A DNA stretch of 64,000 bases from Chloroflexota bacterium (GTDB lineage: Bacteria > Chloroflexota > UBA11872 > VXOZ01). A model generated the notes under the pieces. The model was given only the letters and a program-made list of their open reading frames with translations. It was not told the origin of the DNA and made no database searches. Shown piece by piece: positions 49,486 to 59,978 of this stretch. Positions within the stretch are counted from its first letter, which is position 1; the number at the start of each line of letters is the position of its first letter. A program made the position numbers and the translations under genes. The stretch lies in assembly GCA_964291655.2 (NCBI GenBank), contig OZ219802.1:2176001-2240000 (forward strand), in the 5' to 3' direction.

Positions 49486-49908
49486 GTGTACCTCCTCGAT
49501 ACCAACGTGGTCTCCGAACTGCGGCGCCCGCGTCCACATGGCGCAGTATTGGATTGGATAATTGCTGTACCGGCTGAGCAACTCTTCGTGTCTGCCGTGA
49601 CAGTTGGGGAAATTCAGGCGGGGATCGAGATTACCCGTGAGCAGGATGAGGTGAAGGCGGAAGAGTTGGAAGCCTGGCTGGACAAGGTTCTCGCCTCCTA
49701 TGCCGTTTTGCCAATGGACGCGCCCGCCTTCAGGGAGTGGGCACGGATCATGCACCGGAGATCGCACACGTTGGCTGAAGACGCCATGATCGCGGCAGTC
49801 GCCAGAGTACACCGGCTGACGGTGGTCACCCGGAATGTGGGCGACTTCTCCCAGCTTGGGGTTGAGTTGCAGAATCCTTTTGACACCAGTAGTCCTCACC
49901 TTCAGTGA
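49486..49908 (+). CDS. vapC: VapC PIN-domain toxin
   Basis: YLLDTNVVSE, EI..GI, DAMIAA, VTRNV.DF. Confidence 0.92.
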   Translation: MYLLDTNVVSELRRPRPHGAVLDWIIAVPAEQLFVSAVTVGEIQAGIEITREQDEVKAEELEAWLDKVLASYAVLPMDAPAFREWARIMHRRSHTLAEDAMIAAVARVHRLTVVTRNVGDFSQLGVELQNPFDTSSPHLQ

Positions 49909-50123
49909 GCAGATTGGACCTAATTGTCTCCGGGCGCAACCCTTCGGGTAGTGGGCGGTATCGATCTTGTGGTTGCGCCAGCGTGCCAGGCCAGTCTTGG
50001 TCCAGCGACGTGCAAATATAGAGCCACGCGGCCGCCGCAGATGGTCACGCTGCAGCCACGGTTATCACGCGTGTATAGTTAGCTTCGGATGAGCCGCCGG
50101 CGTCGAACGCTCAACCCTCGTGT

Positions 50124-51395
50124 TTGCAACCTCGTTTAGCTGCTGCAGAGCAATTCCTCGTGAACCACGTTTCCACAAACGCTTTTCCCGGACGTATTGC
50201 CGTTTTCGCGGTGATCGTGGCGGCGTGTTTGATCTCGCTGATTGGATTCGGCATCCGGTCGAGTTTTGGGCTCTATCTGGAGCCGATTACGAGCGAGCGC
50301 GGCTGGTCGCGGGAGACCTTTGCCCTGGCGCTGGCGATTCAGAATCTTTTGTGGGGCATGGGTGTGCCGGTGGCGGGCGCGATTGCGGACCGGTACGGCA
50401 CGTCCAAGGTCGTCGCGCTGGGGGCGGTGGCGTATGCAGCCGGTGTGGCCGGCATGGCGCTGGCCGACAGTGGGCCTACGCTCTATCTGGTCGGCGGGAT
50501 TCTGGTGGGCGTGGGCGTCGCCTTCAGTTCGTTTTCTCTCGTGCTGGCGGCTATTGCCCGCGTGATCGGACCGGAACGGCGGTCCTTGGCATTGGGGCTC
50601 GGCACTGCCGCGGGGTCCATGGGCCAGGTGCTCTTTTCTCCCATCAATCAGATATTGATCGCCAACTACGGCTGGTTTGACTCCCTTTTGGTCATGTCTG
50701 TCGTGGCCTTGGTGCTGGTGCCGCTGGCGTTCACCCTGCCGCGCGGCACGACAGCGCAAGGAGAACCGGCTTCAAATCAGGGCCTGACCGCAGCCCTGGG
50801 CGAGGCGCTCAGCCAGCGGAACTATCTACTCCTCACGGCGGGCTTTTTCGTGTGCGGGTTTCACGTAGCGTTCATCACCGCCCATTTCCCCACGTACGTG
50901 ACCGATCTCGGCCTCTCGGCGCGGGCTGGGGCCTACGCACTTTCTCTCGTAGGACTCTTCAACATCTGCGGTTCGCTGCTATCCGGCGCGTTTGGGCAAC
51001 GGTACTCCAAGAAGTACGGCCTTTCGGCCATCTATGCCGGTCGGGCGGTGATCATCTTGGCTTTGCTGCTCGCCCCGGCCAACGAACTGACCGTCTACCT
51101 CTTTGCTGCGGCGATGGGACTGCTGTGGCTCTCTACGGTGCCGCTGACCACGGGAATCGTGGCGCAGATGTTCGGGCTCAAGTTTATGGCCACGCTATTC
51201 GGCATCGTCTTTCTGAGCCATCAGGTTGGCAGCTTTCTCGGGGTGTGGTTGGGCGGGTTGCTCTACGACCAGACCGGCTCCTACGACGCCATGTGGTGGG
51301 CGGGCGTCGGCTTTGGCATATTCGCCGCTCTCGTCCACCTGCCGATCAACGACGCACCGCTGGCCCGGCTGCGCACTGCACAGGCCGGAGGATAG
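50124..51395 (+). CDS. MFS transporter
   Basis: About 12 hydrophobic segments; GAIADRYG, GFFVCGFH, SHQVGSFLG. Confidence 0.9.
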   Translation: MQPRLAAAEQFLVNHVSTNAFPGRIAVFAVIVAACLISLIGFGIRSSFGLYLEPITSERGWSRETFALALAIQNLLWGMGVPVAGAIADRYGTSKVVALGAVAYAAGVAGMALADSGPTLYLVGGILVGVGVAFSSFSLVLAAIARVIGPERRSLALGLGTAAGSMGQVLFSPINQILIANYGWFDSLLVMSVVALVLVPLAFTLPRGTTAQGEPASNQGLTAALGEALSQRNYLLLTAGFFVCGFHVAFITAHFPTYVTDLGLSARAGAYALSLVGLFNICGSLLSGAFGQRYSKKYGLSAIYAGRAVIILALLLAPANELTVYLFAAAMGLLWLSTVPLTTGIVAQMFGLKFMATLFGIVFLSHQVGSFLGVWLGGLLYDQTGSYDAMWWAGVGFGIFAALVHLPINDAPLARLRTAQAGG

Positions 51396-51577
51396 CCGAC
51401 ACGGCGGACGTTTTGCTTGAAATGGTCCGCTAATCGGAAGCGCCAGGAGTTGAGAAAAGCTCGTATACAGTGCGTAAGGGCCATGAAAGCTAAGAAAAGG
51501 ATCCAATCCGCGTTTGAGGCTAGTGGGATTGGCAGTTATCACCGCAGATAGAGCAGTGCGAAGCATTTACTAAATGG

Positions 51578-52852
51578 GTGCTGCAGTACTTGAGAGAGAC
51601 AATGGGAAGCAATGTGCTCATGCAGTCGCTTTGGGACGGTTTTCTGCGCTGCCTTGGCGCAGTTGCGGCCTGCGTCCTGCTGGCCGCCGCGTTAACTGCA
51701 TGTACCGTGGAGTACACAGATCCCGCGCAGGACGCGCGCCTGCTTGAGTTGGAAGCGCAGGTGCACTCCCTGGAAGAGACTCTCGCAAGCCTCGAGGTTG
51801 AAAACGCGCAACTGAAGGCCGACTCTGCGCTCCTCACCGTTGAGATCGCGCTCATGGGCGAGCGCTTGCATGAGCAGGATGCCCGGCTGCAGGAGCTCGA
51901 AGAAGCTGTCGCTACAATGGAGCAGTTTCTCCCCCTCCTGGAGCAGTGGTCGCAGGACAAGGACAGCAAGGTTGCCCAGCCGGACGACACCGTCTTGGAA
52001 CGGACAGCCCGGCTGGCGGAAGAGGCCGGCGGCGAGGTCTACTACCTGGAACACGCCGGGCGCAAGGACCAGTCAGTCCTGGTACTGCCGCTGGAAGTTG
52101 TCGACGGCAGCACCCCGCTCATCGTGTCACTGCACGGCTTTGGCGGCAATTCCGCCGTCCACAGCCGGTACATTCCGCTGCATGAGCGGGTGAACTCCCA
52201 TGGATTCGCATTGCTGCTGCCCAACGGCATACCCGATAGCGCGGGCAACCGTTTTTGGAATCCTACCGACCAGTGCTGTGACGGCGGCAAGTCCGGCGAG
52301 GACGACGTGGCGTATCTGACCGAACTGGTAGCGAGCGCTAAGGCTGTCAAGGCCTTCGGGCCGGTGTACGTCTTCGGATACTCCAACGGCGGGTTCATGG
52401 CGCACCACCTGGCCTGCAAAGGTCTGCCCGGCCTGCGCGCCGTGGCCGGTCTGGCGGGTACAAGCTACGTGGCAGACTCGAGCTGCGAGGGCGCGCCGCC
52501 CGTTTCCGTACTGCACATCCACGGCACGGCGGATATGGTGATCCTGTATGCGGGCGACGAGAGTGAGCCGGATGCCAATGGCGAACGGGCGTTCTACCTC
52601 GGGGCCGAGGAAATGGTAATGCGCTGGAGCAAGAGCGCTGGCTGCGCGTGGCCCGCAGAACTCCAACCCTACGCCACCTTCGACCTCGACCAAGCCGTTT
52701 CCGGAGCCGAAACCCACGCCTACCGCCTACAAGAGGGCTGCGCCGCAGGAATCACCATCGAACTCTGGAGCGGCGTGGGCAGCAGCCACGCCCCTGGTTT
52801 CGAAGATTCCTTTGTGGATGCTCTGGTCAACTGGCTGCTATCACAAGAATAA
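51578..52852 (+). CDS. Lipoprotein with coiled coil plus LpqC/PHB-depolymerase-like esterase; start uncertain
   Basis: LTAC lipobox, heptad repeats, LHGFG, GYSNGG, HIHGTAD, C-terminal His. Confidence 0.8.
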   Translation: MLQYLRETMGSNVLMQSLWDGFLRCLGAVAACVLLAAALTACTVEYTDPAQDARLLELEAQVHSLEETLASLEVENAQLKADSALLTVEIALMGERLHEQDARLQELEEAVATMEQFLPLLEQWSQDKDSKVAQPDDTVLERTARLAEEAGGEVYYLEHAGRKDQSVLVLPLEVVDGSTPLIVSLHGFGGNSAVHSRYIPLHERVNSHGFALLLPNGIPDSAGNRFWNPTDQCCDGGKSGEDDVAYLTELVASAKAVKAFGPVYVFGYSNGGFMAHHLACKGLPGLRAVAGLAGTSYVADSSCEGAPPVSVLHIHGTADMVILYAGDESEPDANGERAFYLGAEEMVMRWSKSAGCAWPAELQPYATFDLDQAVSGAETHAYRLQEGCAAGITIELWSGVGSSHAPGFEDSFVDALVNWLLSQE

Positions 52853-53072
52853 GTACCATATTGAATGTGCCGGTCCGGCTCGCCGACACTCGGTTGCCCA
52901 AGGACAGCGTTCGCTGCGGCGACATCGTGCGACAGGGCATGTTTTACAATACGGTACGTCATCTCAACACAGAATCCCTGCTTAAGATTTCATTCATCTT
53001 GCTGAATTGGTCTAATGTTCCCTTGAGCAGTCATCTTCTCTCCAAGCTTGGATTCACGAAAGGAATGTGCAG

Positions 53073-53495
53073 ATGCGCGTCATCGTCCTGATCAAAGCTA
53101 CTGCCGACAGTGAAGCCGGCGTCATGCCCTCCGCCGAACTGATCGAGGCCATGGGGCAGTACAACCAGGAGTTGGCCGAGGCCGGCATCATGCGCGACGG
53201 CGACGGCATCAAGCCTACGTCGGCAGGCAAGCGAGTGGCCTTCAATGGGGAAGACCGTACGGTCATCGATGGGCCTTTCCCGGCCGTTAGCGAACTGGTG
53301 GCGGGGTACTGGCTATGGGAGGTGAAGGACATGGACGAGGCCGTGGCGTGGGTGAAGCGCTGTCCCAATCCCATGCCGGGACCCAGCGAGATCGAGATCC
53401 GGCCGCTGTTTGAGGTCGCCGACTTTGCCGAGGCCATGACCGCAGAGCAGGCGGCACAGGAAGAGCGCCTGCGGGAAGAGTTGGAGGGTCAGTGA
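53073..53495 (+). CDS. YciI/DGPF-domain protein
   Basis: VIDGPF...ELVAGYW...EIEIRP. Confidence 0.9.
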   Translation: MRVIVLIKATADSEAGVMPSAELIEAMGQYNQELAEAGIMRDGDGIKPTSAGKRVAFNGEDRTVIDGPFPAVSELVAGYWLWEVKDMDEAVAWVKRCPNPMPGPSEIEIRPLFEVADFAEAMTAEQAAQEERLREELEGQ

Positions 53496-53651
53496 GCAGA
53501 CTATGCCGCCTCAAATTGGCGCTTCTCGGCCCGGTTGCCGGCTAACGGCAACTACATCGAACTCTGGATGGGAGTTGGCAGCAGACCTGCCCCCGCCTCC
53601 GGCATCGCCTTCACGGACGCCCTGCTCACCTGGCTGCTGGCGCAGGAGTAA

Positions 53652-53948
53652 TTACCTCTCCCCTTGCTCGAACTTAGCAGTGCGGATGCACTTGCCGTCG
53701 AGGACATAGCTCGTAGCCGACGCGACCTTGTGCATCGCGCCGTCGGCAGCTATGCGGTCAATAGCAAACATCCCCATCTGAATGTGCCTGTCCAACTCGT
53801 CATCGAAGGTCTTTCCATAGATAGCTTCGGCCTCGGCAATGTCGTACAGCAGGATCTCCTCGACGGTATGACCCGCCGCCGTGACTGAGATCCAGCGCAC
53901 GTTGACACCGCGGATTTCAGCGGTTCGTTCGGTTACGTCTGCCGGCAC
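53652..53948 (-). CDS. Hypothetical protein
   Basis: GGAGG RBS before the start and plausible composition; no recognised motif. Confidence 0.45.
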   Translation of the reverse strand: MPADVTERTAEIRGVNVRWISVTAAGHTVEEILLYDIAEAEAIYGKTFDDELDRHIQMGMFAIDRIAADGAMHKVASATSYVLDGKCIRTAKFEQGER

Positions 53949-54158
53949 GATGTCCTCCTAGCTATGTGGGTCTCGTAAGACCGGACTGCAATCACCTCGG
54001 CGGAAACTCCCAATAGAGGGGAGTCGGCTTTCCCAAACTGCTACGAGAAAACTGACACCTAGGCTGGAATGGATTCCGGGGAGCAGAGCAATGACAGCCC
54101 CATGCGGGGATGGGATAATGTCAATTGAAGGATAACTTTGCCGGTACAAGGAGGGACT

Positions 54159-54404
54159 CCGATGGCAAGAACCGAGAGTAGCAACAGGCCATGGCTGTGG
54201 ATCGGTGGGGCGATCCTTGCCGCGGGACTGCTGGTGTTGGGCGGGTTCTGGGTGAACGCAATCGTGAGGGCGGATGATGTACCCCTCCTGATAAAGGTGG
54301 CCCTCCTCGCCCTACCGGTTGGTCTGGCCGTATTCTTGGCCGCCGCTTTGAGGGACAGAATAATCCAGAAGAAGCAAGAGAATTTCTTGGAGGTCGACAA
54401 TTGA
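54159..54404 (+). CDS. Small two-TM membrane protein
   Basis: Two hydrophobic helices; stop overlaps the YbjQ start. Confidence 0.65.
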   Translation, partial: PMARTESSNRPWLWIGGAILAAGLLVLGGFWVNAIVRADDVPLLIKVALLALPVGLAVFLAAALRDRIIQKKQENFLEVDN

Positions 54405-54715
54405 TCGTAACGACAACTGATACAATTCCCGGAGCCGAAATTGTCGAGACGTTAGGCATGGTGCGCGGAAGCACCGTGCGCTCCCGGCACATCGGCAAGG
54501 ACATTATGGCAGCTTTCCGTAACGTCGTCGGCGGCGAGGTAGTGGAGTACACGAAACTGCTGGCAGAGGCGCGCGAGGTGTCACTGCAGCGCATGGTCGA
54601 GAGCGCAGAAGAAATGGGAGCCAATGCCATTGTGGGCACGAGGTTCATCACTGCGGGTGTTGCTCAGGGATCGGCCGAAATCGTCGCCTACGGCACGGCG
54701 GTCAAGGTAGACTGA
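54401..54715 (+). CDS. YbjQ/UPF0145 family protein
   Basis: TTTDTIPG...LGMVRG, VGGE, GANAIVG, AYGTAV. Confidence 0.92.
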   Translation: MIVTTTDTIPGAEIVETLGMVRGSTVRSRHIGKDIMAAFRNVVGGEVVEYTKLLAEAREVSLQRMVESAEEMGANAIVGTRFITAGVAQGSAEIVAYGTAVKVD

Positions 54716-55097
54716 CCCGGCGATTAAGATTCGCGGCAATTGTCGCAAACTGGCTGCGGGAAAGTCTCAATTACCTGAAAGCAGAGCGGTACGGTTCGCC
54801 GCCTGAGAGCAGGCTGCGCTCACTCAGGGATCTCATACCACCTCGCTCTCTCGGCCTTCTCTATTCCTTTCGACGTTCCACTATCGCTAGCGGTCGACAT
54901 CCAGCCCTAGCTCCACCGCTGGCCCGAAAGTGGTGGTGGCCTTCGGCTCGGCTATATGACTCACGCTGGGCAGTCTCTTTACCAGCCGCCGGTCGTCGCC
55001 TGCCCCTCAGGCCCCGGTCAGTAGTTGGCGAGAAGTTCGAGTCCCCCTTCAGGTCTCAAATATAGATTGGTGGGCCTAAAATCACGCAACTATTAGC

Positions 55098-55190
55098 TTA
55101 CAGACGCGGTTTCTCAAACAACGCGGTCACATCGATATGGTTCAGCGCGCGGTTGAAGAGGTGCACGGCGCAGAGGGTGCGGTCAACGGG
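55098..55190 (-). pseudogene. 3' tail remnant of the LamG-domain gene
   Basis: Translates to LCAVHLFNRALNHIDVTALFEKPRL*, versus LSDVRLYNRALSETHVAAIFERQRM* at 59979. Confidence 0.65.
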
Positions 55191-55316
55191 GTCATCAAGG
55201 CAGAGCAAGGGATAGTCGAAAGCTTGCTGCGATGTCTACCGGTTCGCGTCGGCTGCCGGCAATAGGATCAAGTCAATGACGTCGTATGCAGCAGTGTGGA
55301 CAACGGAGGTTAGGTC

Positions 55317-55793
55317 ATGCAGAAGATTGTCACCAATCTGTGGTTTGACGGCCGGGTTGAAGAGGCGCTCGACCTCTACACGTCGTGTTTCGCTGACGCG
55401 CGCGTCACCAACATCACACGTTACAGCGAATCCGGCATGGGCGAGCCCGGCACTATCATGACCGCCGAGTTTGAGCTGGCGGGGCAGGAGTTTTGCATCA
55501 TCAACGGCGGTCCCCAGTACACGCATAGTCCGGCAATGTCGCTTGCGGTCAACTGCGTCGATCAAGACGAGGTGGATAGGCTCTGGGAACGCTTGACGTC
55601 CGACGGCGGCGAAGAAGGTCAATGCGGCTGGCTCACCGACCGTTTTGGCGTCTCCTGGCAGATCGTGCCGCTGGCGCTGGGCGAAATGCTGGCGAGCGAT
55701 GATGCGGCCGCGGTGGAACGCGTCACCGCGGCGTTTCTGCAGATGAAGAAGCTGGACATCGCCGCGTTGGAGAAGGCGTTTCGCGATGAGTAA
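55317..55793 (+). CDS. VOC/PhnB-like (3-demethylubiquinone-9 3-methyltransferase family) protein
   Basis: MQKIVTNLWFD, INGGP, QCGWLTDRFGVSWQIVP, MKKLDI. Confidence 0.92.
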   Translation: MQKIVTNLWFDGRVEEALDLYTSCFADARVTNITRYSESGMGEPGTIMTAEFELAGQEFCIINGGPQYTHSPAMSLAVNCVDQDEVDRLWERLTSDGGEEGQCGWLTDRFGVSWQIVPLALGEMLASDDAAAVERVTAAFLQMKKLDIAALEKAFRDE

Positions 55794-55834
55794 CCTGCAG
55801 CAGGCGTTTTTGCGATGAGCAAGCCGGAGCCAGA

Positions 55835-56041
55835 TCGTTCAGTGCACGGCTGTAGAGCCGCACGTCGCTCAGGCTGCTGATGAAGGGGCCGACTTGGCCG
55901 TTGCCGATTTGTAGTGGATCCTCTAGCGAGAGGTCGTAGGTGGTGGCGGTGAAGGACGGGGATTCTGATACCGGTGCGCCGTCCACGTAGAGCCGCAAGA
56001 CCCTACCGGAACGCACGGCAGCGCGGTGGTTGCCGGCCGCC
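55835..56041 (-). pseudogene. C-terminal fragment of the LamG-domain gene
   Basis: VLRLYVDG...YDLSLEDPLQIGNGQVGP...LSDVRLYSRAL, close to the end of 59979-61586; contains a frameshift. Confidence 0.8.
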
Positions 56042-56325
56042 GTGTTTCAAACTCCTCTGTTCTCTCTCCAGCGAGCTTACGAGCAGTCCGGCGCCATTAT
56101 TGCCGTTGCCCAGTGGGGGGCCAAGGCCGGTCATGGTAGCGCCTGAAGCGTTCTGGCCTGCCCCCGGCCTGTGAACTGCTGCGCGCTGTCTGAGTCCACT
56201 GCCGAAGATTGCCTGTACGCTGAAACTTTCCCCTTGCAATACCACAACTCTCGCGGCAGAATGTATGCTAGTAGCGATTGGACCCAGTGGATTCATCCCA
56301 TGACAGCACAAAAGGAGATTCAATC

Positions 56326-57006
56326 ATGGGCACAATATCCGTGAATCGGCTAGCGGGCCTGTCCCTCATTTTCGGCCCCATAGTCGCCTTCATCTTCTTT
56401 CTCATAGAGCCGGGTGGACTACTGATAGATAGCGCCAGCGTGTCAGACGCCGTTGGCTCCATTACGGCCAAGGGCACCAACGCCACACTGACCAATGTTA
56501 CCAATATCGCAATAATTCTTGGCCTGACGCTCATCCTCTCGGGCCTCTACGCGCTGATGCGAAACGTGACCTTGCAGGGCAACGGCAAGGCGCTTGTGCA
56601 GATGGGCTACTTCATGATCTTCGTCGGGCTGACCGGTTGGATTCTATCCGGCGGCATTGACTTCATTTTGGCCGATGCCCAAACCAGCGACCAGATTATG
56701 GCGACCGTACCCGTCTACTACACCGGTTCCGCTTTCGTCTACGCCGGTGGCATTGCGCTCGGGTTTGGCGGCTTCATTTTCGCGTTGGGCCTCTCCACGA
56801 GAGACGACTTCAACCGGATTATCTCCCTGCTGGCTGCTCTTGTCAGTCTGGCCGTGATGGTCTTTTTCATGATAGCCGTACTCAATAACGACGGTCGCGA
56901 CACCTTTATCTCCCTGGCCCGGAGTTCCTACGTGTTACTGGTTATCTGGTATGGATACCTGGGCTTCGGACTGATGAACCGACCCGATCCCGAACTGTGG
57001 CAATAG
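56326..57006 (+). CDS. Multi-pass membrane protein of unknown function
   Basis: AGGAG RBS; about six TM segments. Confidence 0.75.
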   Translation: MGTISVNRLAGLSLIFGPIVAFIFFLIEPGGLLIDSASVSDAVGSITAKGTNATLTNVTNIAIILGLTLILSGLYALMRNVTLQGNGKALVQMGYFMIFVGLTGWILSGGIDFILADAQTSDQIMATVPVYYTGSAFVYAGGIALGFGGFIFALGLSTRDDFNRIISLLAALVSLAVMVFFMIAVLNNDGRDTFISLARSSYVLLVIWYGYLGFGLMNRPDPELWQ

Positions 57007-57045
57007 ACGGAATCTAGGATTTGCCGGCGGCTAACCCAAGGTCAG

Positions 57046-57180
57046 GTGCCGGTGGCTGAACACGAGCAACTGCTAAGGGGAGTCTGGGGCCAGGACAACT
57101 CCGGCGGCCCGAGTCCGGAGCGTACCAATGTGAAGAGGCTGCGCCGCAAGCTGGGCGAAGACGCCGGTAGCCCGAAGACG
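57046..57180 (+). pseudogene. Winged-helix (OmpR C-terminal) remnant
   Basis: HEQLLRGVWG...VKRLRRKLGEDAGSP with no receiver domain. Confidence 0.65.
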
Positions 57181-57447
57181 CCGGCAGCCCGAATTAGTTC
57201 CTCTCAGAGCCGCGCGTTGGCTGCCGCATGCCGAAGGCGAAGAAACCCAAGCACAATCGTTGACCGCCGGTTGCGCTTGGTTGGTCTTGACCCAGAATCC
57301 TGCCTCGCCCCGGGCGGTTCGCACTCACCGGCAGAAGATTATTCCTCAGCGACGGGTTTAAGTACCACCTATCGTGCACTATGCTAAGGGAAGGTCAAAT
57401 CTGGTGGGCCTGGGACTACCGTATTGAGAACTTTCCGCTGGGAGGTA

Positions 57448-58173
57448 CTACTGGGATAGGGAGGAACAGCCGGCCTTGTTGCACGCCCGGACTTGGTAGT
57501 TAGGGGCAGATGAGTGGCTGAGTGTGCGCCTCAATGAGCGGACCAGATCCGTGTGCGAACTGATGGTCAACGGCGCACTCACCGTGGTTAGCCAATCTCC
57601 GGCCCTGTACACCTCGTAGGAGGTTGCATCCTCCACCGCGGTCCACGTTACCACGTCACGGTCAGGGAGGACGTCATCCTTCTTTGTGACGAACTGCACG
57701 TCCTTGGGCGCTGCCGGGACTTCGACATCGGCATCAGACTCGGTGACGCCGGCAACCGGGTCGTCAGCAAACTCAGTGCATCCAAGGTGATTGCAAGCCC
57801 TTACTGAGTAGTAATAGACGCTATCCGCCTGCAGTCCCTGGTCCACAAAGCCGAGAGCAGCTACCTCGGTCGCCACGATGGTGTACTCACCCTCCGCGGA
57901 ACTGCTGCGTTGTACGTCGTAATACGTCGCTTGGCTCTTGGCGTTCCACACGACGGTCAAGGAAGACTCGGTCCTGTCCACTACGTACAGATTGCGAGGG
58001 GGAAATCCTGGAGGCCACTCCGGAGTAGCCTCCAACGTGGGCACGGGCGCCAAGGCCGTGCCGGGGTCCGGAGCAGGAGCGGAACAACCCCACGCGACCC
58101 CGGCCAGAGCCACGACGACGCCAATCCACGCCATCCTGGGGCCATTGCCCAAAAGCTTGCTTAGTCTCTTCAT
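57448..58173 (-). CDS. Fibronectin type III domain lipoprotein
   Basis: AWGC lipobox; two FN3-like units ending YYYSVRACN and YQVRACN. Confidence 0.82.
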   Translation of the reverse strand: MKRLSKLLGNGPRMAWIGVVVALAGVAWGCSAPAPDPGTALAPVPTLEATPEWPPGFPPRNLYVVDRTESSLTVVWNAKSQATYYDVQRSSSAEGEYTIVATEVAALGFVDQGLQADSVYYYSVRACNHLGCTEFADDPVAGVTESDADVEVPAAPKDVQFVTKKDDVLPDRDVVTWTAVEDATSYEVYRAGDWLTTVSAPLTISSHTDLVRSLRRTLSHSSAPNYQVRACNKAGCSSLSQ

Positions 58174-58266
58174 AGTTTTGAGGGGCCCCGGATGGCGAGG
58201 CCCGTGTTGCGTCGCCAATGCCAACAGATCCCAGGGAATCTGGTTAAATGGTATCGACGGCCGACT

Positions 58267-59466
58267 CTACGGGCTGATCGGGTTGTCTGAGTCGATGTTC
58301 GAGCAACCCTCGCTATTGCAGGCCACAACCCAATAGTAATTGCCACGACGGCTGTCACGAGGTTCAGGAGAAGCATGGATGTAGTTGGTGTCCACAACAT
58401 TTGTTGCCAACTCATCGCAGAATCGGGGCCTGCCCTCGTTGTCCAGTTCACAACCGAAGCCACGATCATTATAGTACAGGACGTAGTACTCGGCCCCATT
58501 CACGGGATCCCAACTAAGCTGCATCGTGGAACCTTCCCAGGCGGCGCTCACGCCGGATGGGCTATCCGGGGACGCGTCTATCGCAATGGAGACGTTGAAG
58601 GTCCCGGCGCCACTGAGGGCGTACAAATCAATATGGAAGGTGCCCGCCTCAGGGGCAGTCCACCGGCGAATTAAGGGGGAATCCGAGGAGTTAGATTGGC
58701 TAATGGAAGTAACTGCTGGATCAGGAAGGTCCTTGATAAGCAGGCGGACTCTCGTGATGCCCTCCCAGGACACCGCTATCAGGTACTTCTGTCCCACCTC
58801 GGCCTGAAACTGGTAGTAGGTGATCTCAGACTCTCCCAGCGCGCCGCTTACGCTACCTCCCACGGGGATCTCTTCCCTCTCGATTTGGGATTGGATTGGC
58901 TCCGATGTTTCCTCATCTATGCAGCCTGCCTCAGCCATGCGGGTCCGGACATCCGGATCCATGCTGGCAATGGCCTGCTCAACGGGTTCAAAATGTGACC
59001 CTAGCGTGAAGGCTGTCGAGACCAGAAATTGGTTCTCAGTCCGGTCACCCGGGTTCTCCAGGTATTCGTCTATGGTCTCCTTGAACACCCTCGCGAACGA
59101 AATCTGAGCATCATGCCATCCGGCGACTTCCGCAGGAGGCTCCAGCGCACTCATCCCCTCGATTACGAACTCCAGACCTTCGGAGAGTTCCCTGAGGGAG
59201 TCGCCCTCTTCCCAGGCCTCCACTTCTGACTGACCACCACAAACTGTCCCGATGTACTCGTCTAGGGAAACTTGGGAAGTGCTTGGCCCATCGGCAACCG
59301 GCGTCGCTGTGGGAGGGGCCGACGCAGGAGTACCACCAGCGGCGGTTGCTGTAGGCACATCCTCCTGATCCTCGTCGCTGCCCCCGCAGGAGGCAAAGGC
59401 AAAGGTCAAGAAGACCACCAATAGAGCAATCACAACTGGGACCCAGTGTCTACCTCTTTTGCTCAT
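58267..59466 (-). CDS. Lipoprotein with PPC-like and C-terminal FN3-like domain
   Basis: FASC lipobox; LSWDPV.GAEYY...YYWVVACN. Confidence 0.75.
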   Translation of the reverse strand: MSKRGRHWVPVVIALLVVFLTFAFASCGGSDEDQEDVPTATAAGGTPASAPPTATPVADGPSTSQVSLDEYIGTVCGGQSEVEAWEEGDSLRELSEGLEFVIEGMSALEPPAEVAGWHDAQISFARVFKETIDEYLENPGDRTENQFLVSTAFTLGSHFEPVEQAIASMDPDVRTRMAEAGCIDEETSEPIQSQIEREEIPVGGSVSGALGESEITYYQFQAEVGQKYLIAVSWEGITRVRLLIKDLPDPAVTSISQSNSSDSPLIRRWTAPEAGTFHIDLYALSGAGTFNVSIAIDASPDSPSGVSAAWEGSTMQLSWDPVNGAEYYVLYYNDRGFGCELDNEGRPRFCDELATNVVDTNYIHASPEPRDSRRGNYYWVVACNSEGCSNIDSDNPISP

Positions 59467-59978
59467 CGCAATTCCTTCCCATGTTTATCGGACAGTATCC
59501 AATAGCTTCGGATGGATGGAGACCCAGACACAGTCCGATCCAATTCAAAGATGCCGGAGCCCTCAACCCGATAGTCTCACGCAAGAGATTTGGTATTCAA
59601 TTGTATCACTGAGTTCGTCCTAGACACATATGCAAAAGGCACCCACATACGTGGTCACTTCGGCGGCGCTTCCCTCCCTCTTATGCGCCACGGTCTACGC
59701 GCAACGCGCCGACCGGCTCGGTTGCCCACTCCTGTTCTTGGTCAGCCTCAAACATTGAGAGAGTTGCGAGCTAAGCCTTGCGGCGCCAACTATTCGGATA
59801 GAATAGCTGCTCGGCCATGGATTGGTCCCTCAGAAGGACGTCTGTTGCGGTTCGTTCCCCACCGACTTCCAACCGTCCCTGACACAAGAGTGTCTTGGTC
59901 GATTGTCAGTTGAGGAAGTTCGAGTCCCTGCAGGGTCTAGCTACGTTGAGTGGGCTTGCTTAGACTCGGAACCTCGCA

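Noticed and set aside
55032-55077. tRNA-like GTTCGAGTCCC and TGGTGGGCCT
   Set aside because: No cloverleaf; better explained as the duplicated 3' flank of the LamG gene (compare 59915).
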